From an uncultured delta proteobacterium (GTDB lineage: Bacteria > Myxococcota_A > Polyangia > Polyangiales > Polyangiaceae), in contig CAWJCS010000005.1 in the NCBI GenBank assembly GCA_963841435.1, positions 1,024,001 to 1,088,000 on the forward strand: 64,000 bases of DNA, given 5' to 3'. Shown in pieces: positions 47,825 to 56,914 of the stretch (positions are counted from its first letter, which is position 1; the number at the start of each line of letters is the position of its first letter). Position numbers and translations under genes: made by a program. Under the pieces are notes generated by a model. It was not told the origin of the DNA and ran no database searches. It saw only the letters and a list, made by a program, of their open reading frames with translations.

Positions 47825-49777
47825 ATGCATGAAGGCCTAGCGGAGAACGCCGGACTCACGGTCGCCGTCGCGCTCGTCGGGGGCGTGCTCGTCCAGGCGC
47901 TCGCCCAGCGCGTGGGTGTCCCCGGCATCGTACCGCTGCTCCTCACGGGCATCCTGCTCGGTCCCGACGGTCTCAACGTCGTCCAGCCGGCCACGCTCGG
48001 ACGCGCCCTGCCTTCGCTCGTGAACGTCGCAGTCGCGGTGATTCTGTTCGAGGGCGGCCTCAATTTGAAACTGACACGCATCCGGCGCCTCGCCCGGCCG
48101 ATCCGGCGGCTGCTCACGCTCGGAGCGCTCGTCACGTTCGCAGGCGCCACGTTGACGATTCGCTGGTGCATGGGGTGGACGTGGTCGCTTTCCGTCGTAG
48201 CCGGATCGCTGATGATCGTCACGGGGCCCACGGTGATCCATCCGCTGCTCCGGCGAATCGGCGTGGAGCGCCGTGCGGCGACCGTCCTCGAAGCGGAAGG
48301 CGTGTTCGTGGACGCTGTCGGCGCCATCGTCGCCGTGGCGGCCATGGAAGTGGTCCTCAAGGAGACCCAGCCGACGGCGGGGCCATTTCATCTGGCGTTG
48401 CGGCTTTCGGCCGGCGCGGCACTCGGCGCACTCGGGGGCGCGGTCATCGCGGCCATCTTTCGTCTGCGCCCGCTGGTCCCTCGCGAGCTCGAGAACGTGA
48501 CGGCACTCGCGCTGGCGTTGCTCCTGTTTCAAGTGTCGAACGCGGTCCTACCCGAGAGCGGACTCGCCGCCGTGATCGTCGCCGGCATGGTCGTGGGCAA
48601 CCTCGAAAGTCGGCTCTGGCGGGAGCTTCACGATTTCAAGGGTCAGCTCACGGTTCTGCTGATCGGCATGCTCTTCGTGCTGCTCGCCGCGGACGTGCGC
48701 CTGGCGGAGCTCGGGTCGCTCTGGCCGCGCGCGCTCGCCTCGGGCCTCGTTTTGATCCTCGTCGTGCGCCCTCTCGCCGTTCTGGTCTCCACGGTCGGCT
48801 CCGAGCTCGCTTGGCGCCAACGTGCGTTCATCGCGTGGATCGGACCGCGGGGCATCGTTGCGGCGGCGATGGCTTCGGTATTTTCCACGGAGCTGGCGCG
48901 CCACGGAATGGCGGGGGATCGCGAGCTCAGAGCGCTCGTGTTCTCGATCATTGGCCTCACGGTGCTCGCGGCCGGACTGAGCGGCGCTCCGCTCGCGCGC
49001 TGGTTGCGCCTGCGGCTCGAGCGCGACCGGGGCTTCCTCCTTTTGGGCGCCAACGCCCTCGCCCGCACCGTGGCTCGTGAGATCGAGCTCGCGGGCAGCT
49101 CCGCGTTGTGCCTCGAGCACGACCCCGCCGACTGCCGCAAAGCCGAGGAGATCGGCCTCGGCGTGATCTATGCGGACGGCCTCGACGAGCTGGCGTTGCA
49201 GCGCTCGGAGCTCGAGACGAGGCGCGGCGTCATCGCGCTTTCCCTGCGCGGCGAGCTAAATCTTCTGTTCGCGTCGCGCGCGCGGGCGTTCGACGGGGAG
49301 GTCGAGCTCTGGTTGTATCTTGGGGATCTCGATGCGCGTGCCGCGCACGAGATGGCGGAGGATCTGCGCGCACGGCACTTCGCCCGGGGGCACGACGCCG
49401 CGCGCTGGGCCCGGCGTATCGACGGCGGTGAGGCCGCCGTGGAGTATTTCGCCCGGCGAGCGGGCGAAAGCGGCGCCGCCTCGGAGGTCGACGGCCATGG
49501 CGCCGGAGGGCTCTATCTTCCGCTCCTGGTGATCGGAGCGGACGGGCCGGCACTCGCCAACGGAGTGCTCGCGCTCGGAGAAGGCGAAAGGCTCGCCGTG
49601 CTCACTCACACGCCGCGGCGCGGCGACGCACGGGCTCACTTGCTCGAACGTGGCTTCGCGCCGTTCGACGAGCCCGCGCCCCGAGTCGGACCGTCGGAGC
49701 AAACGGGTTGTACCCGACGGGCGTCGTCGCCTCGATGGGATCATCTGCGCGGAGCGGCCAAACCCTCGAGCTTTTGA
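47825..49777 (+). CDS. CPA1/NhaP-type cation:proton antiporter with C-terminal RCK/TrkA-like domain
   Basis: PGIVPLLLTGILLGP, ILFEGGLNL, VTGPTVI, LEAEGVFVD, WIGPRGIVAA; then LLLGANALAR. Confidence 0.88.
   Translation: MHEGLAENAGLTVAVALVGGVLVQALAQRVGVPGIVPLLLTGILLGPDGLNVVQPATLGRALPSLVNVAVAVILFEGGLNLKLTRIRRLARPIRRLLTLGALVTFAGATLTIRWCMGWTWSLSVVAGSLMIVTGPTVIHPLLRRIGVERRAATVLEAEGVFVDAVGAIVAVAAMEVVLKETQPTAGPFHLALRLSAGAALGALGGAVIAAIFRLRPLVPRELENVTALALALLLFQVSNAVLPESGLAAVIVAGMVVGNLESRLWRELHDFKGQLTVLLIGMLFVLLAADVRLAELGSLWPRALASGLVLILVVRPLAVLVSTVGSELAWRQRAFIAWIGPRGIVAAAMASVFSTELARHGMAGDRELRALVFSIIGLTVLAAGLSGAPLARWLRLRLERDRGFLLLGANALARTVAREIELAGSSALCLEHDPADCRKAEEIGLGVIYADGLDELALQRSELETRRGVIALSLRGELNLLFASRARAFDGEVELWLYLGDLDARAAHEMAEDLRARHFARGHDAARWARRIDGGEAAVEYFARRAGESGAASEVDGHGAGGLYLPLLVIGADGPALANGVLALGEGERLAVLTHTPRRGDARAHLLERGFAPFDEPAPRVGPSEQTGCTRRASSPRWDHLRGAAKPSSF
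49717..49756 (+). repeat. Copy 2 of the 40-bp imperfect direct repeat
   Basis: acgggcgtcgtcgcctcgatgggatcatctgcgcggagcg. Confidence 0.85.
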
Positions 49778-49810
49778 CGATCAGGCAAAACCACCGGAGA
49801 ATGCACGCGC

Positions 49811-51004
49811 GTGCGGATCTTCGGTCTGCGGGACCTGCTCGAGCGCGCTCGGCAGCTGGGTCGGCGAGCGGGAACCTTCGGTTTCATCGCAGCGGTCGTC
49901 ACGCTGTACGTCGCGAGCGCAGCGCTTCGGACTCGGAGCTACGGCGACCACGTCTCGGCGCTCGTCGGCTTCGGCTGCTCGCCCGAGAACTGCTACGCCG
50001 CGCAGAACGAAGCCAGCCTGCCGCGCCGCGCGGTGGTGTTCCGCACCGGCGGCTACGACGGACAGTTCTTCTACTATCTCGGCCGCGAGCTCTTCGGCGG
50101 GCCACGAGCATCGGTCGATTCCGACCCATTCCGGCGCGCTCGCATCGGCCTGCCGCTGCTCGCCGGTCCGCTACTCGCCGCGGGCGACCTCGGACGCGTG
50201 CTGGGTTTGCCCATCACGCTCCTGCTCCTTCACCTCGCGTCGGTGTGGGGGCTCGCTCGATCGCCCGCGCCACGCCTGCTCGTCGCGACGTTCGCGCTGA
50301 ACCCCTTCTCGCTGCTCTGCTTCCTGCATTCGGTCGCCGACGGCGCGGCGCTCTCGCTCGCCGTGCTCGCTGCGCTGGCCGCGCAGGCCCGGAGCCCTTG
50401 GCGCCACGCAGGGCTTCTTCTGCTCGCGCTCTCGATGCTGACCAAGGAAGCGATGCTGCTCGTTGCCGTGGCGCTCGGCGCCCGGGCGCTACTCGACGGG
50501 GCCGCCTCGCCGCGCGCCCGTGCCGTACGCGTCGCCGGCTACGCGGCGAGCCTCGTGCCCATGCTCGTGTGGTGGCAGCGAGTGGGCTTTTCGCCGGGGC
50601 TCGCCGCGCGGCACGGCGGCTTCCCCTTCTTGGGCCTTGCCACCTACGCCCCCCACGCGAAGTTGCAACAGGTCGTGCTGATCGTCGTGCTCGTGCTTGC
50701 CGCCGGTACGGGCCTGAGCGCGCTCAAGGACGCTCGCACCCGGCCACCCGCCCTCCTCGTGCTCGGCACTCTCGCGCTGGTTTCGGCCGCCACGGCAGGC
50801 GAATACTGGGCAACGTTCGCGAACGTCGCCCGGCTCTTCACGCCCCTCGTCGCCGCGCCGGCGCTGCTCGAAGAGGCTCCGGTCTCTCCCGCCATCCGCC
50901 GCTGGGTGCTCGCACTCTGTAGCTCCCTGCTGCTGCTCACGTCGATCCTCCTCGTGCGCGAAGCGACGGTCCCGCCGCTGCCGTACTTCGTCATGGGCGG
51001 GTAG
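49811..51004 (+). CDS. Polytopic membrane protein, GT-C-like (AZOBR_p60025-like glycopolymer formation family)
   Basis: GYDGQFFYYL..PFRRARIGLPLLA; TKE motif; many TM helices. Confidence 0.65.
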   Translation: MRIFGLRDLLERARQLGRRAGTFGFIAAVVTLYVASAALRTRSYGDHVSALVGFGCSPENCYAAQNEASLPRRAVVFRTGGYDGQFFYYLGRELFGGPRASVDSDPFRRARIGLPLLAGPLLAAGDLGRVLGLPITLLLLHLASVWGLARSPAPRLLVATFALNPFSLLCFLHSVADGAALSLAVLAALAAQARSPWRHAGLLLLALSMLTKEAMLLVAVALGARALLDGAASPRARAVRVAGYAASLVPMLVWWQRVGFSPGLAARHGGFPFLGLATYAPHAKLQQVVLIVVLVLAAGTGLSALKDARTRPPALLVLGTLALVSAATAGEYWATFANVARLFTPLVAAPALLEEAPVSPAIRRWVLALCSSLLLLTSILLVREATVPPLPYFVMGG

Positions 51005-51143
51005 ACCGCCGCGGGTCGGGAGCCCGCTGCCCCCGGTGGGCGGGTTGCTCGAAAACGGACGCAACTTCGCCGTGCCCCGCCCGACCTTGCATCTCGACCA
51101 CGCGAAGCGGCCTCGCCGCTCGCACTAGCGAAGGGACCAGCAC

Positions 51144-51860
51144 ATGACACAAAGTGTGGGATCGAGCGCAGTCACCGCCGGCGGCTACGAGTATGGCTTC
51201 GACGCGACCGCCGAAGGACCGGCCGGCTACATCAGCGACGACGAGCTGACGCTCTGGATGCAGGAAAAATCCACCGAACAATACGACCGCGTGCGGAGCA
51301 TGATGGAGATGTTGACCACGCGGGGCAAGCTCATGCGCGATCTCGCGCACGTGCAAGCGGCCCTCGATAAAGTGGGTGACGATCCGCAGGCGGCGCTCGA
51401 TGCCGTCAACGCAATCCAGACGGCCTACGCGGACACCGAATACGCCAAGGAGCTCGAGTCGACCCTCGCTCCCATTCACGATCAGCTGACCGTCTACGTC
51501 GCGATGGAACAGACGCTCGACGCGTACTTCGCCGGACGGCCGACTGAAGGAGGCGGGCCGGTGGGCGACGAGCTGGAGGCCATGTTCGCGGCTGTCACGG
51601 GGGACACGGTCAACCTCGAAGACCCGATGGACATGACACGGAAGAAGAGCGCGCTCCAGACGAGCATCCAGTCGAGCTGGAGGGTCGCCTCGGGCGAGGT
51701 CAAGGCGATGCTCGACTCGCTCGGTCGCGATGACCAGCTCGCTCTCACCGAGATCCAGGGCGCCATGGCCGATGCCCGGGAAACGGCCCAGCTCGCTTCG
51801 AACATCATGTCGAGCGAGCACCAGGCGCTCCAGGCGATCGTCGGCAACATTCGCGCGTGA
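51144..51860 (+). CDS. T3SS tip/filament-like protein (EspA/SseB/Bsp22-like)
   Basis: All-helical, no signal peptide; C-terminal DSLGRDDQLALTEIQGAMADARETAQLASNIMSSEHQALQAIVGNIRA resembles the polymerising C-terminal helix of Bsp22/EspA-type proteins. Confidence 0.55.
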   Translation: MTQSVGSSAVTAGGYEYGFDATAEGPAGYISDDELTLWMQEKSTEQYDRVRSMMEMLTTRGKLMRDLAHVQAALDKVGDDPQAALDAVNAIQTAYADTEYAKELESTLAPIHDQLTVYVAMEQTLDAYFAGRPTEGGGPVGDELEAMFAAVTGDTVNLEDPMDMTRKKSALQTSIQSSWRVASGEVKAMLDSLGRDDQLALTEIQGAMADARETAQLASNIMSSEHQALQAIVGNIRA

Positions 51861-51864
51861 GATC

Positions 51865-52662
51865 ATGAGCCCCGTCGCAAGCGCACCCATGGAACCGGAG
51901 CAGGGCGCCGCGCCCCAGTTCGGCATCGGTCCCACCGCGGACGCCCTGCCGAACGACCTCTCTTCGGCACTGCTCGCCCTGGTCATGCAGAGCCGCACGA
52001 GCTTGAACGAAGCCGCTCGCTCCGAGGTCGAGCACGCCCAGGATCTGATGGAGTGGGCCAAACACCAGATCGAAGCCGCCATGGAGCGCGCCCGGGAAGC
52101 CGAGAAGCACGCAGGCTTCTTCGGCTCCTTGAGCGACGTGCTCGGGGTCGACATCGCGACCGTCGCGAGCGTCGTGGCGAGCGCCGCCATCATCGTCGGG
52201 ACGGGGGGCGCGGGCGCGCCGGCCGTCATCGCCCTCGCTGCCACGGGTCTCTCGGTGGCCAGTGAGGTCGGCGAGCGGCTCGGCCTCGATCCGAAGGTCT
52301 GCGCGTTGCTGGCGGCGGGCGGCGCGGTCGCGGGGGTCGCAACGGGTAACCTCGCGGCCCCGGCCGGCGTCTGCGGTAGCGTCGCGACGACGGCCAACGT
52401 CGTCCGGGCGGGCGCCACGGCCGCAGGCGGCGCCGCTCACGCCGTCGAAGGGCAGTACCAGGCCGATGCGCTCGATGCCCGAGCGGAAGCGCAGGCCGGA
52501 AAGAACACCGACCGGAGCGCCGAGCAGCGCTTCGACAGCGCCATCGAGACACTCGAGAAGGTCGCGCGCGACCTCGAGCGAGCGCGGAGCACGACCTCGG
52601 CCATCGAGCGCATCCGGAGCGAGACGGCAATGTCCGTCATTGCCGCGATAGGAGGAGCATGA
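51865..52662 (+). CDS. T3SS major translocator-like protein (SctE: EspD/SseC/YopB-like)
   Basis: Coiled coil, then AREAEKHAGFFGSLSDVLG-hydrophobic hairpin-TGGAGAPAVIALAATG, second hydrophobic stretch and C-terminal coiled coil. Confidence 0.65.
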   Translation: MSPVASAPMEPEQGAAPQFGIGPTADALPNDLSSALLALVMQSRTSLNEAARSEVEHAQDLMEWAKHQIEAAMERAREAEKHAGFFGSLSDVLGVDIATVASVVASAAIIVGTGGAGAPAVIALAATGLSVASEVGERLGLDPKVCALLAAGGAVAGVATGNLAAPAGVCGSVATTANVVRAGATAAGGAAHAVEGQYQADALDARAEAQAGKNTDRSAEQRFDSAIETLEKVARDLERARSTTSAIERIRSETAMSVIAAIGGA

Positions 52663-53204
52663 TGAGCGACATCCAAGTCACGTCGAGCGATCCGTTGATC
52701 CAGCTCGCCGCGTTGATGATCGAGAACGATTCGGTCCAGGACGAGGCCAATCAGCAAGCGCTCGATGCCGCGCGGCGCGCCGAGGAGCGCGCCGGCGCCG
52801 AACAGGTCGCGGCGCTCCGCGACGCCGCGTCGGCCGTTGCCACGGGGGCGCTCGTGGAAGGTGGCCTTCGGGTCGTCGGCGGCGTCACTTCGGGCATCGC
52901 CATCGGAGAAGGTGGCACGAGCGAGACGGGCCCCGCGGACATGAAGGTGCTCGCGCGCTCGGGCGACGCCGTGACGAGCCTGGGCGCCCCGCTCGGAGCG
53001 CTCACGGGTGAAGCGCCCAAGCTCCGCGCCCAGGCGGAAGCCACGCGCGCCGAGCACGCGGCGAACCTCGCCTCGAACGACATCGAGACGGCGCGCGAGC
53101 GACTTTCGCACGGTGATCACCACGCGAGCGCGGTGCTCGATCTGCTGGAGAAGTGCCTCGAGACCGAAGCACAGGGCACCGCCGCCGTTCTCGGCAACTT
53201 TTGA
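52659..53204 (+). CDS. T3SS minor translocator-like protein (SctB: SseD/EspB/YopD-like)
   Basis: ATGA overlap and GGAGGAG RBS; helical N-terminus, EQVAALRDAA then Gly-rich hydrophobic ALVEGGLRVVGGVTSGIAIG; C-terminal coiled coil. Confidence 0.55.
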   Translation: MMSDIQVTSSDPLIQLAALMIENDSVQDEANQQALDAARRAEERAGAEQVAALRDAASAVATGALVEGGLRVVGGVTSGIAIGEGGTSETGPADMKVLARSGDAVTSLGAPLGALTGEAPKLRAQAEATRAEHAANLASNDIETARERLSHGDHHASAVLDLLEKCLETEAQGTAAVLGNF

Positions 53205-53297
53205 AGGATTTTGCAGCCGGGCGAGCCGCGGCGGTAAGATGGATGTTCGGGGTGAGCGGCGCCGCTGGGCGCGCCCGCGGGCAACGTGTCGCGCCGC

Positions 53298-54203
53298 TTA
53301 CGAGAAACGCCGCGCCGCGACCTCGTCGAGCCACTCGACGTTCTCGTCGCGCAGCCAGGTGCGCTGGCGCCGCGCGAAGACGCGCGTCGCGCGCCGGATC
53401 GAATCGCCGAGCGCGGGCTCGTCGAGCGAAGCGCCCGACTTGATCGCGGCGAGAATTTGCCGGTAGCCGACCGAGCCCATCGCGCGGGCGTGCTCGTAGC
53501 CGCGGGCGCAGAGCGCGCGCACCTCGTCGATCCAGCCGGCTGCCAGCATCGCGTGCACGCGCGTCTCGATGCGCCGGTCGAGCTCGGCGGGCTCGCGCCG
53601 CAAACCGACGAGGCGCACTTCGTAGCGCGGGGTCCGAAAGCCGTGACCTTCGTGGAAGTGAGCGAGCGGCGTGCCCGTGAGCTCGAAGACCTCGAGCGCC
53701 CGGCTCACGCGCACGAAGTCGTTCGGAGCAAGCTTCCCGGCCCCCTCCGGGTCGACGCGGGCAAGCATGGCGTGGAGGGCCGAGCGCCCCTCGGAGTCCG
53801 CGAGCGCGCGGTGCCGCTCGCGCAGCGCGGCGTCACCGGGCGGCGCCGGTGCAAGCCCGTAGAGCAACGCCCGCACCCACAGGAACGACCCGCCGCACAC
53901 GATCGGCTCGCGCCCGCGCTCGAGCACCTCGGCGACGGCGCGCGACGCGAGCTCGGCCCAGCGCGCGGCGTCGATGGGCTCCATCGGGTCCAAAAGGTCG
54001 ACCAGGTGATGGGCGGCGCGCGCTCTCTCCGCGGCGGTCGGCTTGCCCGTGCCGACATCGAAGTGCCGGTACACCTGCACGCTGTCGGCGCCGATGATCT
54101 CCCCGCGGCGCCGCTCCGCGAGCTCCAGGGCAAGCTCGGTCTTCCCGGAAGCCGTGGGCCCGACCACGACGACGAGCGGCGGCAGGCCCGCTTCCTCCGT
54201 CAC
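53298..54203 (-). CDS. miaA: tRNA dimethylallyltransferase
   Basis: GPTASGKT, ADSVQVY, GTGKP, RALEV, FARRQRTW. Confidence 0.96.
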   Translation of the reverse strand: MTEEAGLPPLVVVVGPTASGKTELALELAERRRGEIIGADSVQVYRHFDVGTGKPTAAERARAAHHLVDLLDPMEPIDAARWAELASRAVAEVLERGREPIVCGGSFLWVRALLYGLAPAPPGDAALRERHRALADSEGRSALHAMLARVDPEGAGKLAPNDFVRVSRALEVFELTGTPLAHFHEGHGFRTPRYEVRLVGLRREPAELDRRIETRVHAMLAAGWIDEVRALCARGYEHARAMGSVGYRQILAAIKSGASLDEPALGDSIRRATRVFARRQRTWLRDENVEWLDEVAARRFS

Positions 54204-56050
54204 TAGCGCCGCCCGACCTTGCGCTCGAGCTCGGCCCAGGAAAGGAATGTCACCACGGGCCGGCCGTGGGGGCAGTGACCGGCAAAGTCGGCCTCGTCGA
54301 GCGACGTGAGCAGCGCCCGAGCTTCGCTACCGGTCAGGGGATCGCCGGCGCGCACGGAGCCGTGGCACGCCATGGTCGCAAGCGCCAGATCGACCGCATC
54401 CGAGAAGCCGCGGCCGCCACTGCGCGACACCTCGCTCAGCAGATCGCGCAGCAGCCGCTCGGCACTTGCTCGAATGAGAAGCTTCGGCACGGCGTGCACG
54501 CTGACGCTCTCGGAGCCGCGCACGCGCACGTCGAGGCCGACTTCGGCGATCTCGCTCGCGTGCTCGGCGAGGATGTCGGACTCGGCGGGCGTCACGTCGA
54601 AGACAATCGGGAAAAGCAGGGCCTGCGACGGCACGGAGCGCGACTGGTAGGCGCGCCTGAGGCGCGTGAAGGTGACGCGCTCGGCGGCGGCATGCTGGTC
54701 GAGCAGGTAGATCCCCTCCTCGCCCTCGCAACAGAGGAAGGTCTGACGGAGCTGGGCGACGAACGTCAGGCTCGACCAGCGGACGGCAGGGCTCGGCTCG
54801 ATGCGCGCCGCCGCGGAATCGCGCACGGCGATCAGCGTGCGCTCGGCCGCGGGGTCGTGAGGATCCGGCCCCGTGACGCCTCCCGTGATCGCCGTGAGCA
54901 CCGCGTGGCGCGTGTGGCTCGTGTCGGCGGGCGCGCCGGCGTCGAAGAGCGCACCGGGTGACGGCGAGGCTGCCGGGCGTGGCTCGAGGGGCTCCCTCGT
55001 CGTGACGCTCGTGGGCTGCGCCGGTGCCGGGCGGCGTCCCCAGCTCGCGCGCTCGGGCGTCGGGAGGGAAAACGCGCTCGAGAGGGCACGAGAGAGCAGC
55101 GCGTAGACGGCATCGTTGACGGCGCGCGGGTCGGCGAAACGCACCTCCGCCTTCTGGGGATGGACGTTCACGTCGACGAGCTCCGGCGCGAGATCGAGGT
55201 ACACCACGCCGCGCGGGTAGCGGCCGCGCTCGAGCACGCTGCCGTAGGCCTGGGCCACGGCCACGTTGAGCGCCCGGTCGCGGATGGAGCGGCCATTGAC
55301 GAGGAGCCGAAGACCACCGGCTCCGGCCCGTGCTGCCTCCGGTCGCGACAGATAAGCCTCAACGGCGAGCGGTCCCCGCTGCCCGCCGCAGGGCGCGAGC
55401 TCTTCGTCGGGGACGAGCTGGCGAACGCGCTCGGCGCGGTCGGCGGCGCGCAGAAGCTCACGAACGCGGCGGCCGTCGCGCGTGAGCGTGAAGGTGACGC
55501 CCGGGCGAGACAGCGCCGCCGCCTCGACGACGTCCGTCACGTGCCCGGATTCGGTTCCGCTCGAGCGCAAGAACTTGCGGCGCGCCGGCACGTTGAAGAA
55601 GAGCTCCCCGACCTCGACCAGCGTGCCCGGCGCCATGCCCGCTGGTCGCACGCTGCGCTCGCTTCCCGGATCGGCGCGCACCTCGGTGCCCGACTCGGCA
55701 CTTCGCGCCCGCGTGCGCAGGCGAAACCGACTCACCGAAGCGATGCTCGGCAACGCCTCACCGCGAAAGCCGAAGCTCGCGAGCCGGTCCAGGTCCTCGA
55801 AGCTCGCGAGCTTGCTCGTCGCGTGCCGCTCGAGCGCGCGCTCGGCGTCCTCCGCGTCCATGCCGCTGCCGTCGTCCGAAACGAGGATGCGCTGGATGCC
55901 GCCTCCTTCGATCTCAACGTCGCAGCGCGTGGCCTCCGCGTCGAGCGCGTTTTCGACGAGCTCCTTGACCACGCTCGCCGGTCGCTCGACGACCTCGCCG
56001 GCCGCGATCTGGCTGGCAAGCTCCGGGGAAAGGACGAGGATCCGGGGCAC
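54203..56050 (-). CDS. mutL: DNA mismatch repair endonuclease MutL
   Basis: QIAAGEVVERPASVVKELVENALDA, FGFRGEAL, VDVNVHPQK, DQHAAAER, ACH, CPHGRP. Confidence 0.97.
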   Translation of the reverse strand: MPRILVLSPELASQIAAGEVVERPASVVKELVENALDAEATRCDVEIEGGGIQRILVSDDGSGMDAEDAERALERHATSKLASFEDLDRLASFGFRGEALPSIASVSRFRLRTRARSAESGTEVRADPGSERSVRPAGMAPGTLVEVGELFFNVPARRKFLRSSGTESGHVTDVVEAAALSRPGVTFTLTRDGRRVRELLRAADRAERVRQLVPDEELAPCGGQRGPLAVEAYLSRPEAARAGAGGLRLLVNGRSIRDRALNVAVAQAYGSVLERGRYPRGVVYLDLAPELVDVNVHPQKAEVRFADPRAVNDAVYALLSRALSSAFSLPTPERASWGRRPAPAQPTSVTTREPLEPRPAASPSPGALFDAGAPADTSHTRHAVLTAITGGVTGPDPHDPAAERTLIAVRDSAAARIEPSPAVRWSSLTFVAQLRQTFLCCEGEEGIYLLDQHAAAERVTFTRLRRAYQSRSVPSQALLFPIVFDVTPAESDILAEHASEIAEVGLDVRVRGSESVSVHAVPKLLIRASAERLLRDLLSEVSRSGGRGFSDAVDLALATMACHGSVRAGDPLTGSEARALLTSLDEADFAGHCPHGRPVVTFLSWAELERKVGRR

Positions 56051-56059
56051 CGCCCGATG

Positions 56060-56908
56060 CTACAGGAGCCCGGCGCGCTCCGCTGCTTCGGCGAGCGCGC
56101 CGCCTTGCTCGTCGTCGGCGTCGAGCACGTGGTCGGCCGCTTCCTGGACCTCTTCGGGCGCCTGGGCCATGGCGAACGACAGGCCTGCCCGCCGCAGCAT
56201 GGGAATGTCGTTCACCCAGTCGCCGACGGCCACCACTTCGTCGACGCGCACGCCGTAGTGCTGCGCCAGCCAGGCAATCGCCGTTCCTTTGTCGAAACCG
56301 GCGGCTCGGACGAGGATCGCCCAGGGGGCGCGGCCGTGCTCGTCTTCTACACCGTACGATTCGAAGCACACGCACTGCAGCGCGTGCGCGCCGCGATCTT
56401 TGAGGGCGCGCTCGGCTTCGTGGATACGCTCGCGGTCGGCGAGGGCAAGCACGGCGGGGATGTCGTGCTCGTCGCTCCAGCCGGGCTTCGTCAAGAGGTC
56501 GGCCACGCGGCGAGTTCGGCGGGACCAGGTGCGCACGTAGCCGAGGTACCGATCGCCGTCGTCGTCGTGAAAGAGCTGCTCCGACGAGAAGGCGAACGAC
56601 GTGGCTTCGTGCTCGTTCAGGATCCCGAACAGAAGCGCGAGCGCCGGGGCGTCGAGCGCGGCGCAGGAGAGATCTCGTCCCGTGATCGACGCCGCGACGT
56701 GGCTGCCGTCGACGCAGGCAAGCGGCGCGTCGAGGCCGAGCTCGAGGGCAATGGGCTGGGTCCCCGTGAACATCCGCCCGGTGCAGAGCGTGACGTGGAT
56801 CCCGCGCTCGAGGAGCAGCCGCACGGCGCGCCGATCGGTTTCGCGAAGCTCCCCCTCCGGGCCGAGCAGCGTCCCGTCGATGTCGCTGACGAGAAGCCGA
56901 GGTGAAAT
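56060..56908 (-). CDS. Cof-type HAD-IIB hydrolase (non-canonical start)
   Basis: LLVSDIDGTLL lies upstream of the tracked GTG; CTGR, DKGTAI, GDWVNDIPML; only ATT (56908) or CTT precedes motif I. Confidence 0.88.
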   Translation of the reverse strand: MSPRLLVSDIDGTLLGPEGELRETDRRAVRLLLERGIHVTLCTGRMFTGTQPIALELGLDAPLACVDGSHVAASITGRDLSCAALDAPALALLFGILNEHEATSFAFSSEQLFHDDDGDRYLGYVRTWSRRTRRVADLLTKPGWSDEHDIPAVLALADRERIHEAERALKDRGAHALQCVCFESYGVEDEHGRAPWAILVRAAGFDKGTAIAWLAQHYGVRVDEVVAVGDWVNDIPMLRRAGLSFAMAQAPEEVQEAADHVLDADDEQGGALAEAAERAGLL

Positions 56909-56914
56909 CGGCGC

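Noticed and set aside
51061-51100. TTGCA upstream of the translocon-like operon as a sigma-54 promoter
   Set aside because: The required GG at -24 is absent (CC at 51077-51078)
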